64,000 bases of DNA from Bugula neritina (lineage: Eukaryota > Animalia > Bryozoa). The stretch is from the NCBI GenBank assembly GCA_964035545.1, contig OZ037766.1, positions 29,266,640 to 29,330,639 on the forward strand. Reading direction: 5' to 3'. Numbering within the stretch: position 1 is the first letter of the stretch; the number at the start of each line of letters is the position of its first letter. Below are positions 1-13,500 of the stretch, piece by piece. Both the position numbers and the translations under genes were made by a program. The notes below the pieces were generated by a model. It searched no databases and was not told the DNA's origin. It worked only from the letters and a program-made list of their open reading frames with translations.

Positions 1-3000
1 TAGAAGGTTGATGACTCCCAAACCAGGTATAATCAGCCTGTCTCTGAAATAATTAATAATTACCAGTTATCATACCTGTTAGCATACCTGTTGGCATACC
101 TGTTAGCATACCTGTTAGCATACCTGTTAGCATACCTGTTGATAATAATTAATAAATGAACAGAAATATCAATAAATAAGCAGCAACAGAAAATACTGTG
201 TTTTCGGATCACATGACTTTAGTCTGATAGCGTTACAGCACAGCCACCTCTAAAAAACAGAGAAGGTAACTGGCAGTGCAGAAGGTAACTGGGAGTACAG
301 AAGGTAACTGGGAGTGCAGAAGGTAACTGGCAGTGCAGAAGGTAACTGGCAGAGCAGAGAGAATTTACTAACTTGTGAGTGATCATGTGAAACATCATAA
401 CAATGACTGCAGGAAGACCACATATGAGAGAGAGTAGAAACGAATTCCTCCAGATTCTGATGGTCTTTTGATGTTCCATCTCCACAGAGACAGCATTGTC
501 TTTATTCAGTAGATACGCATCATAGCCCAGATCCTACAAACAGAGGAAAGATTACAGGCTGGGCCATCAAAGCCTCCACTATTGTCACATACTGAATCCT
601 AACACAATCATAGCACTCTTAATCTCAGGTAATCCTAACTCTGCTGAATTAATGTTAAAAGTTATAAATACTACATTTGTGAAATATCCATTATGATTAT
701 TGATTAAAATAGTTAATGCAAACTAATACTTCATAAAATATAGTGAAAAGAAGAAGCAATAATTTAACTTGCTTGCAGTATGCACACGCCCCTAATATAT
801 AATCTATAGTATATAACATTACTGAATAGAATGGCATCTAAATGGCTGCATTAACCACTCAAACAACTCCCAAAATAGAAAAGTATAGTCAAAGTTCTGA
901 CCTTGATACCAGCAATGATGTCTCGCACACCAGTTTTGTCGGGCTCATAGACGAACCTTCCTTTGCTGGTAGGGAGGGCTATGGCGCACTCAACTATGCC
1001 TGGTCTGGTCAACATGTTGGACTCTATACGGTGGACACATGATGCACAGGTCATGCCACTGATCTGTAGAAAGATATGTACAAACTGAGCATATGTGAGT
1101 TCAGTGGAGCAATTTCTTTATGTTACTATTGCATACTGGAATATGTAATGCCTACGGGTTGAGTTATCAATATGCAGACATAGATGAAAACAGATCTGAT
1201 GTGTGTACGACATATCTGTATAAATCAAACAAACAAAATACCGACATAATCCGCTTTCTTGTTTTGCTATCCATCTCAAAATATTAGAAATTAAATGCAA
1301 TAAACTTCCTGTAAACTGCCAGCCAATTTCAACATTAAAAACCATCAAAAGCCATTAACTTAACGGTATAGAGTAATTCCATCCTATAAAACACTTGTAA
1401 AGATTCAACATCAAAAAATCTTTTGGCAAGGATGCACAAAGCAATCAACAACCTCATACAAAGTAGATCAAAACCTCTGGCACTGCCCCACCCAAACAAA
1501 TTACAGCCATAAATACATCCTTTACATTAAAGAATTCCTGGATGAAATATGAATGGCGCTAACATCACATGGAGTACAAAATAAATTAAACACATGGTAT
1601 TACTATTCATCATGCTGTAGGGAATATGCCAGGAGAATATGTCCCTGATCGAAACCCGGCCTTTATTGTATCAGTTACTACTTCTGTAGCAAACTTGAAC
1701 TATTCTTATCTGAACAATGTTTTGTTGAGCGTTTTTATATTCACTATTCCTGTGAGAAGCTCTGGTGGTAAGGATTCCTTAATTGGCCTAAGGATATTTC
1801 TAATGTGACAACTTGTAAACCTGTCTAATAAATTGGCTTTGAACACAATGGAACATAAAGTGAAGTAAAAAACCTGAGAAAATATAACATAGTGTTAAAT
1901 ATATAATTGGATTATTTATTTATATTTAAAGTATATTTAATAGCTTGTTTATTTAAAGTAACCCCAAACTGTGTATTTAGTGAGATGGGTGGATAAGGTT
2001 GATTAACCAGTGTGCAAGGAGATTCATGACATCTGAGTGATTTGAGCCAATAAATAATAAAAAATGTTGCAATTTAGATCAAAGATATAGCTGAGGAAAA
2101 CAAATTAAACTCGCATCATTACAGATGAAAATGGTAAAACCACAAATATAGAGGTTACGTAACAAACTAGACTGGATATTATGCAAGAGTTGAAAATGGC
2201 TTAAGTTGTAGCTACACCTTTGAACAGCTGGTCAGTGTTATAAGCTTGCGAAATATTTTTGGTGAGTCATAGATGTGCTTAGAGTGCATTTATTAGCCTG
2301 ACTTTGAAAATAGCCAGAAATCCTAACACAACAATCTAGGTTAAGGAGCACAAAGAAATCCCACACACAGTAACTACATAAATATGCACACATAAAGCAA
2401 TTTATATCAATATGGACGTACACCCAGCTCAATGACACCATCTCCTGCAGTGTCCTCCAATACCGTAGCGTCAAAACCCAGTTCAGTGACGTGATTGGCT
2501 ATCTGTCCCGGGAGTATGTATGCCGCGTCGTACCTCACCTCAGCCTTGCCTGACATGAGTGCTACAAGCACTGACTTCACACCTGCCATTGTAGTTCACA
2601 TTTACTAATGGTTACATGTATAGTATACAGACTCAGCACCAGCACACAGCCTACATACTATTCTTAAAAGATAACAAACTTCAATCTACAAAACTAGAGC
2701 AGGTGAACATAAAGAGATGTTATGCAACAACATGTGAATACCTGACATTTTTATGGCAAAACTTGTTTTAAAATAACAAAAAAATTAAAATTCAAAAAAT
2801 ATATAATTTATTTTAAAACAATAAAGTTACTTAACTTGAAAGCATTTCCAACATGAGCTGCCGTTTAACTAATCAGAATAATTGTGTAAATTATAAAATC
2901 TAAGATAAAAATATTAATCAACCGACCTTCAACTTTGCCAAGGTGCCGCTCTATGTTTGCGACACAGGATGCACAGGTCATGCCCTTGACTTTCAGCGTG

Positions 3001-6000
3001 ACCTTCTCAAGGTCTTCCGTGATATCATGGGCAGCATCTAGCTTGTTTCCGTTGACCATAATGTTTGGTGGAGGAGCCGCTTTAGAACTTCGTGTCTTTC
3101 CTGATGACCCGGATGTGACCTTCACCTCGTCTTGCTCAAACAGCTTTACGTCTGCACAGTAGAAAAAAAGAAAGTAAAACACACACAAAACTGCGAGAAC
3201 ATCCATAATAATATCTATGTTTTCAGTCAACTTAAAAATTTCCAAACTGATTGAAAAAGCTTAAAACCGCTAGGGATACATTATGGGTATGTTCAACTTG
3301 GTTGGAGGGGAAAACATGGGAGCGAGTTATAATTTGTACTTTTATACTAAGTGCTACAGTATTCGTCTGAAACTAATACTGACTGTGCATTGTGGGTAAT
3401 TACTGACCTTGCATTGTGGGTAATGACTGACATTGCATTGTGGGTAATTACTGACCTTGCATTGGTGGAGTAGCTGTGAATTTGGAGGCTAATGCATTGA
3501 TATCTTCACATATTCGCTGCACAGAAATAGTCTGAGGATTGTAGACAACGAGAGCTGATTTATTTTCTAGTGATACTCTGATACCGTGTACTCCAGTCTT
3601 TTGTCCAATATTATCTTCAAGTAGTTGATATGTGTATTATATATATTATTATATTATGTGTGTCTCATATTATATTATGTGTATTATATATATTATTATA
3701 TTATGTGTATTATATATATTATTATATTATGTGTATTATATATATTATTATATTATGTTTATTTATTATTATATTATGTGTATTATATATATTATCATAT
3801 TATGTTTATTTATTATTATATTATGTGTATTATATATATTATATTATGTGTATCTCATATTATATTATGTGTATTATATATATTATTATATTATGAGCAT
3901 TACTGAGAATATTATTATATTATAACTGAAACTAAAGATTCTATAATCAAAAGTTTCCTGCCTTGGAATACTCCACCTGGATATATTATGGTTTTACCAT
4001 GACTCATTGAAAATCTAAATATTTTCTCTAGAAAATTCTACTGAAAAGCAGCGTTGGATAAAACTAATGATGTAACAATAATGATAGACTTTTAAATAAT
4101 TCACAATTTAAATGATTAAAGACCTTAATGAACTAATTAACCAGCTAGACACCATTATGTTATGTATTTCAGATTAGATGACTATGTGGGGTGTGTATAA
4201 TTATATATGAAATTCTTGCAGTTGTTGGTAATTGTCATCTACAAAGTTTTTATGCTGCCCTATGAACTAAAGAGATTACTAAACATGACCTAATGTTCTC
4301 TGTACAGACAGCTTCAATGCTGACTATACAATTCTCACCTTGTATGTTTCTGACACAACTCTGACACGTCATACCATCAATATTTATCGTAGTTGTCTCC
4401 ACTTTCACACTGTCCACCTTCTCTATATGAGCCACGAATTTCCCAATATTATTTACATGATCTAGTACGTCCAGGGGAGACAACTCAGTGTTGTTGAACT
4501 TTATAGCACCTAATAGAATGATAGCATAGAGTACAGTACAATTGAGTAATGAAAACTCTTCATGAAAAGTTGAAATTAAGGTAATGTTTGCAAGTCAACA
4601 GTTTGTGTATTTATTGGCTTATATTAAATAGTGTGAGCTCTACATGCTACACTGAGCTCTACACACAACACTGAGTTCTACACACAACGCTGAGTCCTAC
4701 ACACTACACTGAGTTCTACACACAACACTGAGCTCTACACACCACACTGAGCTCTACACACAATACATAGGTTCACAAGGATGTCTAAAGTGAGAAGTCT
4801 GTATCCAGATGTAACAGAACTAACCTGAATGTTTGTCCAGAGAGACTTTGATAGAGCTGATGCCTGGTTTGTCTGACATTTTACCTTCAATATTTCTCAC
4901 ACAAGACATGCACGTCATGTTCTGAATGTCAAGGTCAACTGTGGAGATGCCAGGGGCCTCAGCAGAAGCTAAAGACAGAGAATTTTGCTGTCAGAAGATT
5001 TAATAATCTTTAGCTTATATAACAGCATTGATTGATTAGTGCTTTAATCTTGAATTAAGTTTGGTTTGGCATATGGCCAGTTGAAAGTTTGTTAAAGCTC
5101 TCTAGTAATGAAGAAGGCTAACATTTATTCTACGTGAAAACTAATGTATTTCGTATAGCTGATGCAATTTCTTTGATTTTATGTTACATAATTCATTTAT
5201 CTTATTTTGTCAGTTTGAAAAACCACTAATGAGTGACAAATATTGGGGTATTATAAATGCCACCCCTTAGCCAGACATGCTTACAGAAGGCAGAAGCTAT
5301 TTCACAGATCTGTTTACCTCTGCACAGGTTATACAAGCTTCAAGCTGAGTAACTTTCAATTACCTATTGAATAATATACCACCAGTACTACAAGTTCCTA
5401 TATAGCCTATATATACATGTTTACAAAATGAAACTTTCAAGTTATATGATTGATTGCTGTAATATTTTCCACATGTTTTTATTATTGAAAAATTCCATGT
5501 ACGTATTATTTTGACTTTTTGTTCTGAAATAAACCTGAATAAACTTGATTTTTTAGTGATACTCATACAATTGTATTAATTAGAGTATGTTAGTATGTAG
5601 TTAAAGTTGTAAGCAAATATTCCATGTATCAAAACTTTAAAATGTATAACACGAGGCAACAGATTAAAATAAATTAGTGCGAGAATAGTATTTGTAGTTA
5701 AACAATAAAACAACGTATTAGATTATTTATCAGATAAAAAACATTCAAGCAGTATTACTAGTTCACGAGTTAAACAATTGAATTTGCGCTAGTACTATAA
5801 CTTATAGGTATCGGCATAAAGTTTACAACTACTAGTACCCTTAGCTTACAATACTGAACTAAGTTAAGACCACAGTCTAACACTGTGCCCAAAAGCTGGA
5901 GATTTCTTACATAAAACAACTCCATTAAGTTGAATTGATAGCAATGCGGTGAATTGCCTAATAATTCATCCATATATTTGCAATGATGAGCTTACAGCTG

Positions 6001-9000
6001 TGGTTTTATCCACGACTATTACATTGTATACCAAACAACTTGCATTGTAGAATATTATTTTTTGTCCTAATAAATATAGTAATGAGGTTTAAATCAGGAA
6101 ATAGACACAAACCTATTACACCTAGAAACAGATACTAGAAAGATTAATATATACAAATTACAGTTTCATATATATCAAATATCAAAGGTTGTTTACATGT
6201 GATTGTTGTAGAGATGATAAAAAAGGGATTAAAGAAAGCATGTTTAGTAGACAAAATGGAGACATTTCAGCCAAATTTCAGCATGAAAACTACACTAGCT
6301 GTGCATTGTGGGGACTTACTGACATTGCATTGTGGGTAATTACTGACCTTGCATTGGTGGAGTAGCTGTGAATTTGGAGGCTAATGCATTGATATCTTCA
6401 CATAGTCGCTGTACAGAAATAGTCTGAGGATTGTAGACAACGAGAGCTGATTTATTTTCTAGTGATACTCTGATACCGTGTACTCCAGTCTTTTGTCCAA
6501 TATTATCTTCAAGTAATTGATATGTGTATTATATATATTATTATATTATGTGTGTCTCATATTATATTATGTGTATTATATATATTATTATATTATGTTT
6601 ATTTATTATTATATTATGTGTATTATATATATTATATTATGTGTATTATATTATGTGTATTATATATATTATTATATTATGTGTATTATATATATTATAT
6701 TATGTGTATTATATATATTATATTATGTGTATTATATTATTATATTATGTGTATTATATATATTATATTATGTGTATTATATATATATTATATTATGTGT
6801 ATTATATATATTATTATATTATATGTATCTCATATTATATTATGTGTATTATATATATTATATTATGTGTATCGCATATTATATTATGTGTATTTCATAT
6901 TATATTAGCCTATAGTATACACATTATATATAATATAATGTGTATTATAATGTGCATGTGCATTGTATTTAATATACAGCCCACAAAGTTAGTTAGTCAA
7001 ATATAATAAATAAAGAGGAAAGAAATATATTAAAGTTTCCACAATACAAAAGGTATATATGGAAAGGATCAAAAAGTATATAATATGGAAATTATCTACT
7101 CATTCAAGAGACAACATCACTACTCCAGTTAAATGTGATGACAACGTTAAGGCAGCACCTGTATTAAATTCACTATCTATCAACAAACACCTGTATTACA
7201 CTCCATAAATAGGCAGAACTAGATGTTACATCAGCATTGATGTCTACAGTGAGTTTATTAAAGTCAAAATAAAACTAAATATCAACTCTGGGTGATAGAA
7301 AACTGCCCCAACAGTTCACAAACAGCTCAAGATACAGATAAGAATGATTTGCGGAACAGTAAATGATAGTTTTGATGTCTCCCTGTGACAGGTATCAGTT
7401 TTAGCCTTAATTAAATGCACTTTCAGCCACACCTCCGGCTGGTGCCGAGAAAAGACATTACTATTGACGCTGTGCTAAGGTCATATGAAGGTTACAAAAA
7501 GTGCTGACCTTTTGCTCATGAATATCAATGGAACCATAATTTCATTCCACTGCAGACTAAATATTAGGAATATTAAATTTCTTAATCATTGTATAGCTTG
7601 CTAGTTAATAGGCTTCCTGTTAGACTGACTTATAATCAACACATGGTGGGCAGGCTGACAAGTTTTGTTGAAATGATGCTGCCTTTAATTGGCAGGTTGA
7701 CATATGGCAGCAGATGATATCAAATGAGGAATCAGAGAGATTTGTCAAGAAAAATATTTTATATAACTACAATCCCACCACCCTTTAAATCATATAAATG
7801 GTGATAAGCACCTATAATCTATATGAATATCTTAAATTTTTCAAGCAACCATAAAACCGATAAAAACCCAAATATCTTACAAAAATGGAAGCTTAAGTTA
7901 CCCCCCTCCCTATATCAATACAAATAGGCTTAGCTACCCTCTCTCCCTATATCAAGGATGATAGCCTTAGCTACCCCCTCTAACTATATCAGTAGAGGTA
8001 GGCTTAGCTACCCCCTCGCCTTATAGAGATAGCCAGTTACTGTTGAAATTCCAAAAGAATGAGGAACTGATGTTTGAAGATATAGTTTCAGGTTGCAGTG
8101 AAAAGGAGAGTCACCAAGAAACTTTAAACCCTCTCTTTAGGGTAGTTAAATTTCAAATACAACTCTTGACACACAATGATATAATGCCAGATGGTTTTTA
8201 TGATGTCAGCCTACCAAACGAGAACAAGAAAACAAAGATCAGTGGGATAGTACGAACAGGAATATCCAATGTCTCCAGTATTGCCAAATCACCAAATATC
8301 ATACAATATTACAAAGATGTAAGACAACCTGAAGGAAATGCTAAAAATTTACATAAGCTGATACTTTTGCTAAACATCTTGCTGGAATTTCCTGGAATGA
8401 ATTGGAATTCAAGTCACCGAGATATTGATGTACAGAGTATGGAAAAGTGTAGGTATATGCAAGTCTCGGGTACATATTGACATCCTGATTATAACCAAGG
8501 TAGTATTTTGTACTTAGTGAAATATATTCCACAGATTTAACATTACATAAAGTATCATAGAGCACTATTGCCATCGCAAATTATAGAATCCATTTCTTTA
8601 TCAAATGTGTATTTATAGTATTTACTGCATGTTATACTTATATTATTTACTGTATAATATAATTATATTGTTTGTTGTATATTATACTTATATTATTTAC
8701 TGTATATTATATTTATATTATTTACTTTATATTATATCATATTATTTACTTTGTATTACAATTATATTGTTTGTTGTATATTATATTATATTATTTACTG
8801 TATATTATATTTATATTATTTACTGTCCAATATATTTATATTATTTACTGTATATTATATTTATATTATTTACTGTATATTATAGTTATATTATTTATTT
8901 TATATTATACTTATATTATTTACTGTATATTATATTTATATTATTTACTGTATATTATATTTATATTACTTACTGTCCAATGTATTTATATTATTTACTG

Positions 9001-10451
9001 TATGTTATAGTTATATTATTTACTGTCCAATATATTTATATTATTTACTGTATATTATATTTATATTATTTACTGTATATTATATTTATATTATTTACTG
9101 TATATTACAGTTATATTATTTATTTTATATTATACTTATATTATTTACTTTGTATTATAATTATATTGTTTGTTGTATATTATATTATATTATTTACTGT
9201 ATATTATATTTATATTATTTACTGTATATTATATTTATATTATTTACTGTATATTATATTTATATTATTTACTGTATATTACAGTTATATTATTTATTTT
9301 ATATTATACTTATATTATTTACTTTGTATTATAATTATATTGTTTGTTGTATATTATATTATATTATTTACTGTATATTATATTTATATTATTTACTGTA
9401 TATTATATTTATATTATTTACTGTATATTATACTTATATTATTTACTTTATATTATATTTATATTATTTACTTTATATTATAGTTATATTATTTATCTTA
9501 TATTATACTTATATTATTTACTTTATATTATATTTATATTATTTACTGTATATTATATTTATATTACTTACTGTCCAATGTATTTATGTTATTTACTGTA
9601 CACAACAATTCTCACCTTGTATGTTTCTGACACAACTTTGACACGTCATCCCATCAATATTTATCGTAGTTGTCTCCACTTTCACACTGTCCACCTTCTC
9701 AATATGAGCCACGAATTTCCCAATATTATTGACATGATCTAGTACGTCCAGGGGAGATAATAAAGTACTATTGAACTTTATAGTACCTGTAAATACAACA
9801 GCTTCATAAAGATTCTGCTGAAATAACACCGAGTACACTTGAAGAGGCAGAAAGAAATAATGTATTATCATAATATATTGTGATATTATAATTCTAGTTA
9901 ATATTAAATATTAAGAATATATTATACCACACATAGCACAGTTAATCAATTTGATTTAGTTCGTGCCAACTAAAAACTTGAGCAACAATTATTTAAAAAA
10001 TGTATAATTAACAATAAAGTTTTAGTAATAGCAATTTTCTATCTAAAGCTGTACAATGAATTCAATACCCACAAGTCATGGGTTACTAAGAAGGCCAGTG
10101 TCTAACACTAATCTTGTAAATTTTATACTGAAATCATTCTTATGCAATGTCAGAGTTACTTGAGAAATATAATACATATATGCAAATATCACAATCAATA
10201 TCAAGCAAAGTCCCTTCATATTTACTTTACACATTCTTCAAACAGGCAAACAGCACACAATATGAGAGCAAAGAAACCTTTTGCACTGGTTGTTTTACAA
10301 AATCAACAATAAATACAATAGAATCTTCAAAAATGGCCAGCTCTTGACCATATGATCAGGGTGTACCTTAATGCCATGTTGAATGCAGCTGGGCATAATA
10401 TTGCTGAGTAAGTGCGCAAGTAACTGAGGGAGTAAGTGAGTGAGTGAGTAC

Positions 10452-10498
<47 letters not shown>

Positions 10499-10507
10499 GG
10501 TAGGTAG

Positions 10508-10544
<37 letters not shown>

Positions 10545-13500
10545 AAGTCTGCCCACAGTGACATATTTGTGGGAAATCATAAGTAGGCTATTGCATCCCT
10601 TTCCAGCAGAGAGGATTAGTATTACCTGGTACCAACTGTTCCATTGGACAAATAAAAGAAAAATGTACTAAATTTTAATCTAAGATTAGACTAGAACGAG
10701 AGGGTATTTTAAGTGATTCATTTTATTGTATTTTTCACAGGAAGTACTGCCGTGGTAAACAATGTGTTGCTTTATTACACTCCACCCAACCAAATCACAG
10801 TTTATTAAATTTTCATAACTGAGGATTTGAAACAGCTTAGCAAAAAACACTCAAATAATGTGGAATATTTTAACCAAAAAACATTTTCTTTGAGTTTTGT
10901 AAAAGTATTTAATTTTTTCACTAATCCTTTGAATAAATAGTTGAGAATATTTGGAAGACATACAAATACTCACTTAAACTATATAGAGTTTATAGACTAT
11001 AAGAAATTACGACAATCCACAGTGCAGACAGTATAAAGGTGTTGCTATAATATATTAGCAAAAAAAACTGGTACCAAAATAACCAAGTCTGTAGCAAATT
11101 TAGTGCCTATTCAGGAGGAGGGGTTAATTGCTACACATTCTGGTAAATTCTCAGCTTCCTACTGAGCTCTACACACTACACTGAGTTCTACACACCACTG
11201 AGTTCTACACACACTACACGGAGTTCTACACACAACGCTGAGTCCTACACACAAAACTGAGCTCTACACACACAACACTGAGTTCTACACACAGCACATA
11301 TATTCACAAGGATGTCTAAAGTGAGAAGTCTGTATCCAGATGTAACAGAACCCACCTGAGTGTTTGTCCAGAGAGACTTTGATAGAGCTGATACCTGGTT
11401 TGTCTGACATTTTACCTTCAATATTTCTGACACAAGACATGCACGTCATGTTCTGGATGTCAAGATCAACTGTGGAGATGCCATATTCTCCATCTGAGAA
11501 TTCAAATCAGAGATGCAAATAGAAATAAAACAAAATGTATAAAAAACCCACTTAAATATAAGAGCTGTAGTGTAACCTGGAAGATAGCCTAGCCAATCAG
11601 CAGTTAGCAAACATTAATATTAGCCAATGAGAGAGAGGTATTATGTTTATGTTGGTTCTATAGTAAAAATAAACATAAATTGTAGGTCATGTTAACATAA
11701 CTAGTACAAATGGAGCTTCAAATTAAACAAGATCATAGCTTCAACAGTAGAGCCATCAAACAATAAATAAATACAGTAGTATAAAATATTTTCAACAAAA
11801 TTCCATTATGACATATTATATTACAATCAATCATTGTCATTTTATTACTAAAATCGGTAATACAGCATTGGTAACATGATTATTACAATCACCATTGGGT
11901 GTAAAGCACTTCAATATTAGCAATTATTCACTTCAGTATTAACAATTATTGGCAAGAATTGACCCTCTAGTTAAGTCCTGCTAAAACCTGTTGAATTGAA
12001 ATATAAAAAGTCACTCTGAAACAATAAATTCTAGTCAATGTTTAATAAAAGGCAACTCTGAAATAGACACACAAAAATAAAACTGCTAAACTATTTAGAA
12101 AATCATTTAAACAATAAACTGGCTAGGAAGCAGTAATGGTCTAGGCCCTAGGAGTTAGAGTGTTTGCTTAGTAAACACCAAGTCATGGGTTCGAGCCCAG
12201 ACAAAGGCCATTGGTGATGTTAGGAAGAGCATCCAGTCATAATTTTTCATGTGCCACATCTGAATAAGTCCTTAGCCCGATTTAACAAAAAATCCTTTCC
12301 ATCAGGGGTTTCTCACAGGGATTCTGACTTTAAACTTGCATGAGTTTTTTCACACAATAAACTGGCTATTTAAAAAATCTAGCCTCAGAGAAAGTTTCGT
12401 AGAGTGAAACTGAGTGTCATGTGAAAGTATTGCTATCAGTTCACCTGAATCAGTGGCTATGCTAGCGGTGTAGCCCAGGTCTTCTATGCAAGCTCTCACA
12501 TCCTCGGGGGTGGTCACTATAGCATCAAACACCACCTCCACCCTTCGCTCATCTCGTACAATAAATGATTTCACCCCAGCCTTTCTTTCTACATGGTCCT
12601 TTATATTGTTTTCATTAGCATCTAGTAGCAATGCTTCTGAAAGTAAGAGAAGAAAACTCCCAAGTTGAAAAAATTATACAAAGAAACTGCTTGCTTTAAT
12701 CAGGCGATGTTTAACTTTTAGTGATGCAACAAATACATAAATCTCAATACAGATGACTATCTAATCAAATAAAAGACCCTTTATACAAGTTATGTCAAAA
12801 ATATTAATGGAAGGTGTAACTTATAAAAGCATACATAAACTGCGAGTAGAAAATACATCATAATTTACATTTTAATGCATCAATCATGAATTATTAAAAC
12901 AATAAAGTGTGAAAGGTTGAGCTATTACGTATTATACTGCAGTACACTGCTTTCATTTGCATAAATGCATGCTGCTTTTATATTGTATTAATATTAAGCT
13001 GCTACTATACTGCACGCACAGTGAACTAAGCCGGCATCGAGTCAGACTCAGTCTAAAAGCAAATCACCTTGAATTTAATGCTCCAACTACACTGAACTAC
13101 ATAGATAGTTCTGGCTGATGAAACTATAAATACATTAGTGAGAGAAGACAACCACCACAAAAACAGTTTAACATGTTTCAGTGCATAATATTGAGGAATG
13201 CAAGTCACTAGTACGTTACTTGACAATGTAAACCTAACCGGACTACTAAAATGCATTGAGGGATAGCTTGAAATGGTATATATTATATATTGTATTAATT
13301 AAACAGCATTATATGCATGGGACATGGGAGAGAACAACCCTGATACGTTTACATTGAATGTAAGACTTATTTTACCAAAGGTAAATTTTTATGTTGAGAG
13401 ATAATTTCAAAACCTGTTTTACATAAGGCCAACCATGACTGAATAAATTCTTAAACTATTTCTGTAACTGAAATAATATATTTGAGATATTATTTATAAA

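Noticed and set aside
1560-1850. Coding-like minus-strand stretch in an ATP7 intron
   Set aside because: Interrupted by stops and no recognisable domain; cannot support a pseudogene call.
4634-4765. Regularly spaced repeats resembling a CRISPR array (also 259-352 and 11161-11292)
   Set aside because: Head-to-tail units without unique spacers, no cas genes, eukaryotic intron context.
3456-6506. ATP7 duplication as a simple assembly artefact
   Set aside because: Disfavoured, not excluded: the introns differ in length and content, exon 5' ends differ, and substitutions are mostly synonymous, unlike a duplicated allele.
3625-9742. Long Y/I/L/C-rich ORFs (3625-3925, 6517-7006, 8605-9742)
   Set aside because: Translations of AT-rich minisatellites, open in several frames; not protein-coding.
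10432-10545. (GTAA)n as an array of splice donors
   Set aside because: The donor-like strand is antisense to ATP7; an ordinary microsatellite.
12160-12210. tRNA gene suggested by the B-box GGTTCGAGCCC
   Set aside because: No convincing cloverleaf; the sequence continues into a SINE body shared with 49553-49735.
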